From a virus (Duplodnaviria; Caudoviricetes): a stretch of DNA of 36,425 nt. The notes under the pieces were generated by a model, which was given only the letters and a program-made list of their open reading frames with translations, had not been told where the DNA came from and did no database searches. Where the stretch lies: IMG/VR virus record IMGVR_UViG_3300044580_000030, positions 1 to 36,425 of that record; one strand, 5' to 3'. The stretch's first letter is position 1. Each line of letters opens with the position of its first letter. Position numbers and translations under genes: made by a program. Of the stretch, positions 1 through 9,133 are shown piece after piece.

Positions 1-55
1 TGGCAACGCTAATACCGATTGCCGTCTTATCGTCAATATCTATTGCTCTATCGTT
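1..55. repeat. Terminal direct repeat (55 bp), identical to 36371-36425; circular-assembly overlap
   Basis: tggcaacgctaataccgattgccgtcttatcgtcaatatctattgctctatcgtt occurs at both ends; the reading frame is continuous across the join. Confidence 0.97.
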
Positions 56-70
56 AATACGGATAATCAT
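1..70 (-). CDS. 5' part (MIIRINDRAIDIDDKTAIGISVA) of the tail protein that continues at 36371->34848 across the circular junction
   Basis: ATG at 70 overlaps the TGA of 67..543 (ATGA); 23 codons run in frame into the ATG at 36371 (= position 1). Confidence 0.85.
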   Translation of the reverse strand, partial: MIIRINDRAIDIDDKTAIGISVA

Positions 71-543
71 CGTTTGATTGTTTGATATTCGCTCAAGTTG
101 AATTGTACGTCAACAATTATACTTCCTCCCTTGCCCTTGCGGATAACGTAATTGCCATCGGCAATGGTTGCGCTTACCCATACGCCATCAATCAATAGCT
201 CAATAGTTGGCGAGACAAACAGCCACTTCACCACACCAATAAATTGCTCATCGATGTAAGCATTGGCAACGATTATTCGTGTTGCATTACTGCCGATTGA
301 TTTCTGCATGTTACCCTCGAAGTCAATCACATTGCCCACACGCTTAACATCAACCTTATCCGTATATCTGGATGAGAACGGATAAAACCTGAACAGTCCG
401 TCACCGTCAAGATACTTGCAGATAATCATGTTGTCGCACGCAGGCAGAACAATGACTTGCTTGGTTATCGGTTGCCCGTCAATCGTGGCCGTGTAGGATT
501 GGCTGCCCAATGAATTGAACGTTGTCTTTGCTCTGTATATCAT
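67..543 (-). CDS. Putative tail/structural protein
   Basis: 158-aa ORF coupled within the tail gene run; function inferred from context only. Confidence 0.55.
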   Translation of the reverse strand: MIYRAKTTFNSLGSQSYTATIDGQPITKQVIVLPACDNMIICKYLDGDGLFRFYPFSSRYTDKVDVKRVGNVIDFEGNMQKSIGSNATRIIVANAYIDEQFIGVVKWLFVSPTIELLIDGVWVSATIADGNYVIRKGKGGSIIVDVQFNLSEYQTIKR

Positions 544-546
544 AGC

Positions 547-1158
547 TTAAAACCCTATAAACAACAAAAACACCCCCTGACTATTGACAAGGTCATTAGG
601 TGTATTATCATCGCCGACGTTGAATTGGATTAAATTAGCAGCCCTATCAACTTCAGCGATTTTATTTTGCAGGGAACCCGACCAGCCACCAACTACTTGT
701 CCAATTACCATGTAGCCATAATGTCCGAAGTTATGCACAAGCTCGTAACGTCCTTGCGATATCCGGTTGAAGTTGGCTGTTGTTACATTGATGGCACCGA
801 ACAGTACAGTAACAGTCTTATTACCGTCACTATCATAACCACAATGCACGCCTCCGATTATCGACGCCCCACCAAACTTGTTGTCCATCTGATTAACCTG
901 ATAATCGACCTCACTCTTATTGTACGTCTCGTCCTTGCTATAGACGTTGAGGTTGTTTCTGGCGCTCGCCTTGTTGGCCACATCATTAAGGTTGCTCGAT
1001 GGCTTAAGGAAGGATAATTTTCCGTTCAACCAACTGACAAGGTTATTGAACGTCATGTTTTTAGTCGCTACGCCACTTCTGCCGAACGCTATTCGATTCT
1101 CCATGCCCTGATTTTCAGGAACTTCAATCGGTTGTTCAAACAATTTTTTATCAGCCAT
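547..1158 (-). CDS. Putative minor tail/fibre-associated protein
   Basis: SNLNDVANKASARNNLNVYSKDE motif typical of fibre proteins; beta-rich C-terminus (ISQGRYELVHNFG). Confidence 0.55.
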   Translation of the reverse strand: MADKKLFEQPIEVPENQGMENRIAFGRSGVATKNMTFNNLVSWLNGKLSFLKPSSNLNDVANKASARNNLNVYSKDETYNKSEVDYQVNQMDNKFGGASIIGGVHCGYDSDGNKTVTVLFGAINVTTANFNRISQGRYELVHNFGHYGYMVIGQVVGGWSGSLQNKIAEVDRAANLIQFNVGDDNTPNDLVNSQGVFLLFIGF

Positions 1159-1176
1159 ATGTTTTGAATTTAATTG

Positions 1177-1755
1177 TTAATCAATTGTAAACTTATCTCC
1201 GTTGTAATCAAGGAATACTCCATCGTCATAATCAAGCGCATAGCTTGTTTGTTTAAATATTTCGCTTCCGTAAAAATAAATATACACAGGATAACCCTGT
1301 ATTGCTATGTAAGGTTGCTCGCTGTTTGCTGCAAGCTCCGTCAGTGCTGCTTGCTCATACGATTGTCGAACGGCGTTAATTGCCTCGAACTGAAACGACT
1401 GCTGAACAGTGCCTGCCAGGTCCGACTTCACGACAACCGTTACAACTCGACTTACGTTTGTGTCAATTATCGAATCATTAGGCTGCTCGAAGTCGTCTAT
1501 TGCGTCGGCAACAAGTGAACGAACGAACTCGCTTGCGTTGAATTGAAAGCGCCTTTTATTTGCCGAAATGTCCTTCAGGAAAATCGCCTTGCCTGTTATG
1601 TACGACACACCGTCAACCGTTGCCTCGACAATAAGATAGTCAGGCACTGTGCCTGAATACGTGGCATCGAAGTAAAAAATCAAATCTGACTGCACGGCCA
1701 GAAGTCGGCAGTCACCGATGAAGTTGTCTCTTGTAATGTCAATTGCGGTTATCAT
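1177..1755 (-). CDS. Putative structural protein
   Basis: 192-aa ORF with ATGA overlap in the tail run. Confidence 0.5.
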   Translation of the reverse strand: MITAIDITRDNFIGDCRLLAVQSDLIFYFDATYSGTVPDYLIVEATVDGVSYITGKAIFLKDISANKRRFQFNASEFVRSLVADAIDDFEQPNDSIIDTNVSRVVTVVVKSDLAGTVQQSFQFEAINAVRQSYEQAALTELAANSEQPYIAIQGYPVYIYFYGSEIFKQTSYALDYDDGVFLDYNGDKFTID

Positions 1756-2219
1756 CGCATAAACTCTTTAATCACGTCGCTGTACACCGTCACGCTTGCC
1801 TTGTTCTGCAGCTGCTCCTTTAACTCGTCAACTTCTGCCTCAAGCTCGGCCAGTAGTGTGCCGTCGTTGTATTTGTTCGGTACTTTAATTCCTCGCTCAT
1901 CGATTTTCCTTGCCACAAGGTACGCAAAGCGCTTTTCATTGTCAACTTTTATACCCTTGTCTTTTACCCACTGCAGAATAACGCCGTATAACCTTCCTCG
2001 CCTCTGTGGCGCTGTCGGTCGTCTTCCATGCACGAGCTGGTAAGTGTAGTTTGTGCCCAATATCGTTACCGTAACCCCTCCTTGTCGCTGCTCTGTTCTG
2101 CCTTCCAGCTCACGCTCCCAACGGCCAGACGCTTTCAATCCCATGCGCCTGTATTTGCTTTTCAGGCCTTCAATTGCCCGCTCAAGCCAATCATTTGCTA
2201 TGTCCGCAAGGTTATTCAT
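1752..2219 (-). CDS. Putative neck/tail-completion protein (HK97 gp10-like, basic)
   Basis: KASG, GRRP, ILQWVKDKGI and FAYLVARKIDERG motifs common in phage neck proteins. Confidence 0.55.
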   Translation of the reverse strand: MNNLADIANDWLERAIEGLKSKYRRMGLKASGRWERELEGRTEQRQGGVTVTILGTNYTYQLVHGRRPTAPQRRGRLYGVILQWVKDKGIKVDNEKRFAYLVARKIDERGIKVPNKYNDGTLLAELEAEVDELKEQLQNKASVTVYSDVIKEFMR

Positions 2220-2640
2220 CTACCAACGTTATTTCGATTGCGACAAAATCAATGTTTGAAGCGAACTCGTTCAATTGCATTATTGCCCGCTCGCTCTTAA
2301 TTGTGTACCCGTACGTGCAAGCAAACTCGCCAATCCAGCTAATAGCAATGTCGATAAGGTCGTTTAGTCGTGCGTTTAGCTTCTCTTCGAACGTCTCGGC
2401 AACGCTGGCAAAGCTCGTTGCTTCAAATTTTCTTCCGACAATGATAACACCATTATAAGTGATTGACTGTACAACATTGTTTGCCCGCTCAATTTCTGCG
2501 TTGAAATCTGCGCCCAGCAGTATTTGCCCTTCGGCCAGTGTCATTTTGTTTGCGTGCAGTGACTGGAAGTAATTGCTGCCAAGAATTAACTTTGCTCCTT
2601 TGGCCGTTGCGAATGCCTTTATGTCGTTATAGATTTTCAT
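2212..2640 (-). CDS. Putative tail-completion/structural protein, first gene after a promoter
   Basis: 142-aa ORF downstream of a TAACTTTG box. Confidence 0.45.
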   Translation of the reverse strand: MKIYNDIKAFATAKGAKLILGSNYFQSLHANKMTLAEGQILLGADFNAEIERANNVVQSITYNGVIIVGRKFEATSFASVAETFEEKLNARLNDLIDIAISWIGEFACTYGYTIKSERAIMQLNEFASNIDFVAIEITLVDE

Positions 2641-2655
2641 CGATTATTTTTTTTG

Positions 2656-2663
2656 CAAAGTTA
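2656..2663 (-). promoter_or_regulatory. Bacteroidota sigma -7 box TAACTTTG for the tail operon
   Basis: Matches TAnnTTTG, 15 nt upstream of the ATG at 2640. Confidence 0.7.
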
Positions 2664-2702
2664 CAACGCATGAACATTGTTTACTGTAATTCAATTTTTT
2701 GC

Positions 2703-2723
2703 AGTGCTTTTGCTATGCAATTG
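2703..2723. repeat. 21-bp exact inverted copy of iteron segment 21843-21863
   Basis: agtgcttttgctatgcaattg is the reverse complement of caattgcatagcaaaagcact. Confidence 0.9.
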
Positions 2724-2734
2724 TTATGTACAAT

Positions 2735-3361
2735 TTAATTTTTAAAAAATCCCGCCCACTGTTCCGCAACAGCCTCGGCAATCCCTTTAAAAGTTTTACT
2801 CCGCAATTTCGCCCTTTCTGGCCCAGGTGGCAAATTGTATAATCGTTGCGCCTGTTTTTTTGGTAATTCCTTCCAAATATGCTTTACATTGTTTGTTTCC
2901 TTCAATTTTGGTAATCCTTCAATCCACAAGCAAGTTGCTTTGCTTTCAGGCTCACCAAACATATACGGCTGTATTAATTGGTCGTATTTTTTGCCAATCA
3001 ATTCTAAAGCATATTTGTGCGGTATTGGGTTCTCAATTACTTTCATCTTCATCGGTGCATCCAGCAACTTTTTAAAGAAGGCGCAAGCATCATTTAAGTT
3101 TTGCCACCTTTCTTCATTTCGGCTCCCGTCTTTATTCCAGAGCCAACGTACGCCACTATTTGTAATAAATGTGCAGGGCGGGTGGGCTATCATTGCAATA
3201 TACTTTCCGCTATAAGCCTCAATAATTGCATCGCCTTGTATATGCCATTCGGGATGCCCACCCGAACACGGTTGCAAATCACAGCTATAAGCCTCAATGC
3301 CTCGCTTTCTTAATTCTATTGTTATTGCCTGACTTTCTTCACAGGCTACTAAAACTATCAT
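2735..3361 (-). CDS. Phage DNA cytosine-C5 methyltransferase-like protein
   Basis: VLVACEESQ (motif I variant), YSCD, IAHPPCT catalytic PC motif, IENP, KATCLW. Confidence 0.8.
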   Translation of the reverse strand: MIVLVACEESQAITIELRKRGIEAYSCDLQPCSGGHPEWHIQGDAIIEAYSGKYIAMIAHPPCTFITNSGVRWLWNKDGSRNEERWQNLNDACAFFKKLLDAPMKMKVIENPIPHKYALELIGKKYDQLIQPYMFGEPESKATCLWIEGLPKLKETNNVKHIWKELPKKQAQRLYNLPPGPERAKLRSKTFKGIAEAVAEQWAGFFKN

Positions 3362-3888
3362 TCTTGTCTGCCTTTTTTCATTTTCACCTCTTGCAACCGG
3401 CGCTGGAAGTCATTGATTCGCTTCTGTGCGACAAGCTCCAACATTGCATCGGCATAACGCATCTGTTTAACTTCTTCAATCTTATAACCAAGCGTTATAG
3501 CTATCTGTCTTATTTGCAAGTAAGCGCCAAGCTCCTCAAGCTCTGCAATACCGGCCAATTCGAAGTCTGCATCGTGCGATGACAGCAGCTCATTTTCCAA
3601 CTCAATCGTTCTGCGCACCTGGTCCAACAGGTAGTTGTAGCACTGAATCGCTCTGAACAGCTCTTTGTCACCGATGTCCTTAACCCCGAAAATATCAAAC
3701 CAATACACTGCCCGGTAAAACGATAGCTCTCTTACCTCTGCCTGCAGTTGCTTTACTGTGTCGAACGGCCAATCATCGAACTTGCCAATGCCAAGTGTGT
3801 CCATTGACTGTTTGGCCAAGTCGCTGAAGCGAATAATCGTGTCAACTTCGCTTTTGTCTTCCAATTCAATGTATTCCTTTACCGTCAT
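3358..3888 (-). CDS. Hypothetical protein (possibly tail-assembly-chaperone-like)
   Basis: 176-aa acidic helical ORF, ATGA-coupled on both sides. Confidence 0.4.
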   Translation of the reverse strand: MTVKEYIELEDKSEVDTIIRFSDLAKQSMDTLGIGKFDDWPFDTVKQLQAEVRELSFYRAVYWFDIFGVKDIGDKELFRAIQCYNYLLDQVRRTIELENELLSSHDADFELAGIAELEELGAYLQIRQIAITLGYKIEEVKQMRYADAMLELVAQKRINDFQRRLQEVKMKKGRQE

Positions 3889-5030
3889 AATGCTCGCACT
3901 CCTTTATATGGCCGTCCAATAAGTTTTGTACATGCATAGATGAGCGCATCAACAAGATGGTCATCGCCATCCTTCGGTGTCTCGCTCTTTTTGTCCAACC
4001 AAATGTAACCGTTCAGTTCTCTGGCAAGGTTATAACTGTCATCGGTAACGATTAACTTGTACTGCTGCATTTTTTTCAGAATTTCAACTTTCCGCATCTT
4101 CTCTACCGCAACAACGTTCATTCCTCGAACCCGCAAATCGTAAACAGTCCTTGCACTTGCACTATCGGCAACAATCAATTTGTTCGGCTCTGTGTGCAGA
4201 ACAAGCTTACGAAACAGCATCTCGGTCGAGTTGCCCGATTCAAACAACTTCTCCTCTGCGTAAATTATCTGTTGTTTATGGTCAATAGCTACACGAACAA
4301 GAGCGTCCTGGTCCCGGTAACCAAAGTCAAGGCCATATATGTATGGCAGCGTCTCGTCGAACTGGCCAAAGTCATACTTAAGAATCGTATCCTCGAGCTG
4401 CCCGAACTCTCCCATGCCATAAACCCGATACCAATTTGCCCACTCTGGTTTATTTTTTCTACTTTCAATAAACTCGAATTCGTTTTTAGCAATAAATGGA
4501 TTATCCTTATAGTTACTGCGAATGATTTTGTAATTCGAATCTTTCCCTAAGATATATTCATTTAGCCAAAACTCGGCCGATGGGTTGAAATCTAAGAAAG
4601 TAACTTGCTGCACACGGCTGTAGAATTGCCGGAAGACATCCCAACTTATACGTCGATTACACTCATTGACAAACAGTATATCTGGCCTTAAAGAGTGCGC
4701 TCGTGCCTCGTTGCCCTCAATGCCAAAGAATTCAACACGTGCGTTGTTGATATAATACGTGTGCTCGCTCTTATTCTTTACAGCTCCAACATTGACGTTC
4801 ATCGCTTCCAGTATTTCGTCAAATACCTTCATCGCTCCGCCCTTTAAGTGTGGCAAGGCGTAGGAAGCGATTACGATGTGCTTCTTCTTCTTTGACAACA
4901 ATGCAATTTGCGCAATAAGCTGCAGGATTGAATAAGTTTTACCGCTACCCTGCCCACCTTGATTGATTATTAGCGGATAGCCAGCAAGATAAGCGTCTAA
5001 ATTCTCGTGATATACACGAGTGTATTTCAT
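3885..5030 (-). CDS. terL: Terminase large subunit (PBSX-like)
   Basis: Walker A GGQGSGKT, LFVNEC Walker B, DFNP, YKDNPF, nuclease GLDFG and DHLVDALIY. Confidence 0.93.
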   Translation of the reverse strand: MKYTRVYHENLDAYLAGYPLIINQGGQGSGKTYSILQLIAQIALLSKKKKHIVIASYALPHLKGGAMKVFDEILEAMNVNVGAVKNKSEHTYYINNARVEFFGIEGNEARAHSLRPDILFVNECNRRISWDVFRQFYSRVQQVTFLDFNPSAEFWLNEYILGKDSNYKIIRSNYKDNPFIAKNEFEFIESRKNKPEWANWYRVYGMGEFGQLEDTILKYDFGQFDETLPYIYGLDFGYRDQDALVRVAIDHKQQIIYAEEKLFESGNSTEMLFRKLVLHTEPNKLIVADSASARTVYDLRVRGMNVVAVEKMRKVEILKKMQQYKLIVTDDSYNLARELNGYIWLDKKSETPKDGDDHLVDALIYACTKLIGRPYKGVRAL

Positions 5031-5452
5031 TTTCCTTCAAGTTTTTTGATTTTGTCTGCTTGCTCCTCGTCCTCAACGACAATCTTAGGTACCTGAATTG
5101 TATGCTCCATCTTTGAACGCAGCGCATATTGGTCAGGATAGTTGCGCTCCAGCCACCATGCGGCCGACTGCCAGCTACCGTCTTCAATGATTCGGCGCTT
5201 GCAGATGTCAGCGATTTTATCGTCGCCGATTTCTTCTGCTTTTTTTACGGCGTCAACAAATTCAGGTTTATTGTCAAGCCATTCGGTAAATGTTTCGTAA
5301 AATATGCCTGCCATCTTACAAGCTCGCACCCTTCCTTGCCCTTCAGCAAGCGCAGTAAGTAAGCGAAGTACAACATCTTTGTTATACTTTTTTCTTTCTT
5401 TTTTAACTATATTATTTACAATTTTTTGTAGATTTATGTTTTTTTTAGTCAT
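5027..5452 (-). CDS. Terminase small subunit-like HTH protein
   Basis: RACKMAGI..TFTEW HTH, AAWWLER motif; directly upstream of terL. Confidence 0.75.
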   Translation of the reverse strand: MTKKNINLQKIVNNIVKKERKKYNKDVVLRLLTALAEGQGRVRACKMAGIFYETFTEWLDNKPEFVDAVKKAEEIGDDKIADICKRRIIEDGSWQSAAWWLERNYPDQYALRSKMEHTIQVPKIVVEDEEQADKIKKLEGK

Positions 5453-6369
5453 AAATCATATTTTTCTCTTTTTGGTTCATTAGTAAAAGGAATATCTTCT
5501 TCAAATGCATCCCAATACATCGTGTTTATACGATAATTTGGGATTTTGAGTATTTTTGGCACAAGAAAATTATAATTAATTCTATGATGCAACCTACCGC
5601 CGATCTTTTTTTGCTTTTCTGCATGAATGCATGAAGGTAACTGAATTGGGCAAATTATTGCCTTCGAAAATAGCTTTGTCTCATTGTATATTTCCGTTAA
5701 TCCGCCTTCTGCTGTTGCAGACATCGTTTGGTCTAAATAGATAGCGCCAAATAGACTGCCGGTAAAAAGTCCATCATTTAATATTGTAACGAATTGCGAA
5801 GTATCGTCGTCATGCAATCCTCTCTCACCTCTATAGATGTATTTTACGTTATAAAAAGAACAATTCATAACCTTGTAGTGAATTAATTTGTCAGTAAAAT
5901 TTACGAAAATATCACCTACTTGTGGCAAGCCGAATAAGCCGATATGATATTTTTTTATAAATTCGGCAATCGCATCAAATGCCTTTATGACATCATCGCC
6001 ATTAGCAAGTCTTTCGTAATGTTGATTTGGCCGTATCGCAAATACTTTAGTATCGTCATCCATTACGCAATAAACTTCAATTCCCATTCCTTTTGCGATA
6101 TCGTAGAACATGTTTCTCGCCATTCCAGCTGCTCTTCTCGATGGCGACTTTCGATGTACGAAATCATATCTTCGCCTTGCCTCATTTATATCGAAGATGA
6201 AAAGGTTGAAACCGTTTTTTTTGGCTTTTTCCTTATAATCTTCAATATCTGGCGTTTCGTTATCGATTACAACATGCACTTTTTGCATGTCGTAGCCAAT
6301 TTTATTTAGAAACTTAATAGTTTTCAATTCTTTGGCTCGCTTATACGATGGGATAAAAATATCAATCAT
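5449..6369 (-). CDS. GT-A fold glycosyltransferase (GREB1-like / TET-associated type), putative DNA modification
   Basis: N-terminal IFIPSYKR, ARN, VMDDD (DxD), HDDD, GGLTEIY; next to ParB and terminase. Confidence 0.72.
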   Translation of the reverse strand: MIDIFIPSYKRAKELKTIKFLNKIGYDMQKVHVVIDNETPDIEDYKEKAKKNGFNLFIFDINEARRRYDFVHRKSPSRRAAGMARNMFYDIAKGMGIEVYCVMDDDTKVFAIRPNQHYERLANGDDVIKAFDAIAEFIKKYHIGLFGLPQVGDIFVNFTDKLIHYKVMNCSFYNVKYIYRGERGLHDDDTSQFVTILNDGLFTGSLFGAIYLDQTMSATAEGGLTEIYNETKLFSKAIICPIQLPSCIHAEKQKKIGGRLHHRINYNFLVPKILKIPNYRINTMYWDAFEEDIPFTNEPKREKYDL

Positions 6370-7078
6370 TGCTCAAAATTTTATTTTTAATTTTTAACAA
6401 TTCGTCCTCAATAAAGCCATCAATACCGTTATCTATCAACACGAGTCGTAATCTTTCGATTACTTTCTTTTCTTCTTCCGTGGCATTATAGGCATAATAA
6501 TTTGCAATTGCCTCATAATCAATTTTTACAAACCGTGTCGCTAAAAGTTGAAAGACTTCTTTAATTTCCGAACTTACGTTTGCCGAATTTACGATTTCCA
6601 TTTTTTTGTCGTATTTTTCGGTATTTACGCAATCTTTCAGTCTAAGTGACGGCTTCAATTCTGGCTCGTAGTATATTGATTCGATTTTCAATTCGCTAAG
6701 TAATTCAGTGGCTGTTTTTTTGGGAATATCCACTCCCCACTCCTCCAGCAGCTTATCGTCCCATTCGTTGGCCAATTTCTCCCAATCCCACTCGCCAAAC
6801 GGAACATTATCCTCGATGATGAACCGCTGTTTCTCTTCATCGGTCAGCTCGCTTGCTTTCCGCACCCATTCGTCCGGTACTTCCTTATAACCCAACGACA
6901 GCAGCGCCCTATATCGCATATTACCGCCAAGTATAGTGCCGTCATCATCGATGACAATTGGCCGTAGCGCCATCATCTTCGGGAATTCCTTCACCGATTG
7001 GACAAGTTTTTTGAATTTCTCGTCCTTTATAATTCTCGGGTTGGATGAATTAGGTTTTAATTGATTTAGCCTTATCAT
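6362..7078 (-). CDS. ParB/Srx-like N-terminal domain protein with a helical C-terminal domain
   Basis: LKPNSSNPR, RPIVID, ILGGNMRYRAL, FIIEDN..GEWD; C-terminal IYYEP..DYEAIANYYA..LVLID. Confidence 0.85.
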   Translation of the reverse strand: MIRLNQLKPNSSNPRIIKDEKFKKLVQSVKEFPKMMALRPIVIDDDGTILGGNMRYRALLSLGYKEVPDEWVRKASELTDEEKQRFIIEDNVPFGEWDWEKLANEWDDKLLEEWGVDIPKKTATELLSELKIESIYYEPELKPSLRLKDCVNTEKYDKKMEIVNSANVSSEIKEVFQLLATRFVKIDYEAIANYYAYNATEEEKKVIERLRLVLIDNGIDGFIEDELLKIKNKILSND

Positions 7079-7096
7079 AATAATTTTGTTTTTTTG

Positions 7097-7750
7097 TTAT
7101 AGATTATATTCCTCGCCAATTTCTGCACATAATGTTCTTCCGAAATTATTCCAGTAGGGCGGGCGCACTCGCACAAGCCTTGTGCCTTTGTCATAAGGGA
7201 GGAAGCGCATCGTTTTGCCATCTTTTGTAAGGCTGTAATCATTTTCAATAATATCAACATCTATCGACAATACTCTGCCTTTTCCATATGCAGCCTTTTT
7301 GCCTAAATATCTTATATGTCTGCGCAATATCTGATGTACTCGTTCACGGTCGCCAACTGCATAAGCAACCATCTTTGTTGCAAGTAGCAGTGGTAATGGA
7401 TGATTATACTCTCGATATATACCACTTTGTAGGTTTGGACTTCCCTGAGTGAGTTCAATTTTACTCTGACGAAACTTCTTACGCCAATATTGTAAACTTT
7501 CAGCCACCTCCCCTTCTGGAAATAGAGCGCTTGCGCACCAACCCCAATGTCCGTTAATATGCCATTTGCCTAATGGTAAAGGTACGTCTATTGGTTCGCT
7601 GTTTCTTGTTGGCGGTTCATCTCCTTTTTGCTGATGAAATGGCATAAGAGCCCATGCCATTAAAGCATCCAAATGAATCGGCTCGTAAGGGTCATAATAT
7701 AATCCGGTACCATCTAAATGAAATGTAATCTTTAAATTTTGTAAGCTCAT
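7097..7750 (-). CDS. csf3: Csf3 (Cas5-like RAMP) of type IV CRISPR-Cas
   Basis: IHLDALMAWA, PLPL, WCASALF, YAVGD, Gly-rich loop LGKKAAYGKGRV, C-terminal RFLP..RPPYW. Confidence 0.85.
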   Translation of the reverse strand: MSLQNLKITFHLDGTGLYYDPYEPIHLDALMAWALMPFHQQKGDEPPTRNSEPIDVPLPLGKWHINGHWGWCASALFPEGEVAESLQYWRKKFRQSKIELTQGSPNLQSGIYREYNHPLPLLLATKMVAYAVGDRERVHQILRRHIRYLGKKAAYGKGRVLSIDVDIIENDYSLTKDGKTMRFLPYDKGTRLVRVRPPYWNNFGRTLCAEIGEEYNL

Positions 7751-8478
7751 AGCAATTCTCTTACTTTTTGGTATAATTCAGGATAATTGGTTCTTAACCA
7801 TTGTATTCTTCCATTATTTTCTCCATCGGTAGACAACCATCCCGTGCTTCTGATTGTCTCTGCCGATTGCCCGCAATTTTCCTTCAAATATATAGGATTT
7901 ATAGGCAAATCATACGCATAATGATAAGCCCAAACATCATTTATTGTGAAATCTATTATAGGGCTTATTCTTTCAATTCCGTTCTTATCAATATATTTAC
8001 GTCCTTTATATTGCAAAAGAGCTTTCCTTCCTAATGATTCTTCTGCTCTCAATCCCCAAAACATGCCTGTAAATTTATTTGCTTTAGCCCATTCGTTTGC
8101 TGGATTCTTTTTTATCATCGATACTACTTTATTTTGGGTATACTTGTCTCTCATATGCGGCAAACCAAATTCTTTGCACAATTCCATGTAATCAATTTCG
8201 ATTTGTAATTCAGTGTAATTTAAATTCATCGATTTTACTATGTTTTGCATAAATTGATATGACTCGGGTATCGCATATCCGCTTTTAATGTATAGGACAG
8301 GTATATCCGAAATAAATGAAGTGCATAGGTGTAATACCACATTACTGTCCTTACCTCCAGACCAACTCACATAGTGCGAATAATCGATATTCTTTTCAAT
8401 TATTCGCTTTGCTCCGTCAACTTTCTTTTTAAAAGAGAGTTCCCTGGCCCAAAGTTGGTATTTTAGCTTGTTTTTCAT
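7747..8478 (-). CDS. cysH: CysH-like PAPS-reductase-family (PP-loop) protein
   Basis: VSWSGGKDS PP-loop, GLRAEES..R, SPIIDFTINDVWAY..LPINPIY. Confidence 0.88.
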   Translation of the reverse strand: MKNKLKYQLWARELSFKKKVDGAKRIIEKNIDYSHYVSWSGGKDSNVVLHLCTSFISDIPVLYIKSGYAIPESYQFMQNIVKSMNLNYTELQIEIDYMELCKEFGLPHMRDKYTQNKVVSMIKKNPANEWAKANKFTGMFWGLRAEESLGRKALLQYKGRKYIDKNGIERISPIIDFTINDVWAYHYAYDLPINPIYLKENCGQSAETIRSTGWLSTDGENNGRIQWLRTNYPELYQKVRELL

Positions 8479-9133
8479 TTTTCATCTCCTCCTGACTTGG
8501 TAATAGGTAGCATAATAATTGATACAATGGGCTCTGATACTTGTCTTTAGCCCAAGATTGAAATGTAAGCCATCGATTAATGCCATATTTGTGCATTACC
8601 ATTGGTGGACAATCTAATGACTCCAATATTGTGCGCCCAAATCCTATGTGCAAATATTCGTTAAGCATATTATACCATTCATTTACTTTTTCCTTATCGC
8701 TGGCATTTACAGTAATATTTTCGAATCGCCATAAACCAAATTGTTTATTATTTACTGGGGCATTCAGCGAACCATGCTTCTTGTAACTTGTAGTAATATA
8801 AGCCGTCCATACATCTCTATCTACTCCATTCAAAACAAAACGTCTAAAGTCAGAGCGTTGTAAACGTTCGAATGTTCTTCCGTCGCATAGCCAGCTACTC
8901 GAGCGCTCCCATTTATAAGATAATGCCAGATAAGCATCAATACCAATTCTGTTACTCTCTGGAGCTTTCAAAACATCGATATTCGTAAATTTCTTTCCAA
9001 ACAGCTCAGAGCGATGAATAGTATCCGTCTCTTCTCCAGTGACGCAGCATATCCCAATTTCAGTTTTTTTCGGAATATCAGGACAATCCGGCAAATTGCT
9101 TATTGCTTTGGCTATCAAGTTTACGCTGTGCAT
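8429..9133 (-). CDS. csf1: Csf1 (Cas8-like large subunit) of type IV-B
   Basis: N-terminal CCVTG..FTNIDVLKAPES motif, SYKKHGSLNAPVN; position between csf2 and cysH/csf3. Confidence 0.68.
   Translation of the reverse strand: MHSVNLIAKAISNLPDCPDIPKKTEIGICCVTGEETDTIHRSELFGKKFTNIDVLKAPESNRIGIDAYLALSYKWERSSSWLCDGRTFERLQRSDFRRFVLNGVDRDVWTAYITTSYKKHGSLNAPVNNKQFGLWRFENITVNASDKEKVNEWYNMLNEYLHIGFGRTILESLDCPPMVMHKYGINRWLTFQSWAKDKYQSPLYQLLCYLLPSQEEMKNEKQAKIPTLGQGTLF

Noticed and set aside
1-55. Biological terminal repeat or att site
   Set aside because: An exact 55-bp end overlap in the middle of a gene is typical of assembler k-mer circularisation
6362-7078. Plasmid-type partition system
   Set aside because: No ParA and no parS-binding HTH; this is the terminase-adjacent ParB type
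7747-8478. Sulfur-assimilation auxiliary gene or Dnd phosphorothioation system
   Set aside because: No ECG catalytic tail and no dndA/D/E or other cys genes; context is csf
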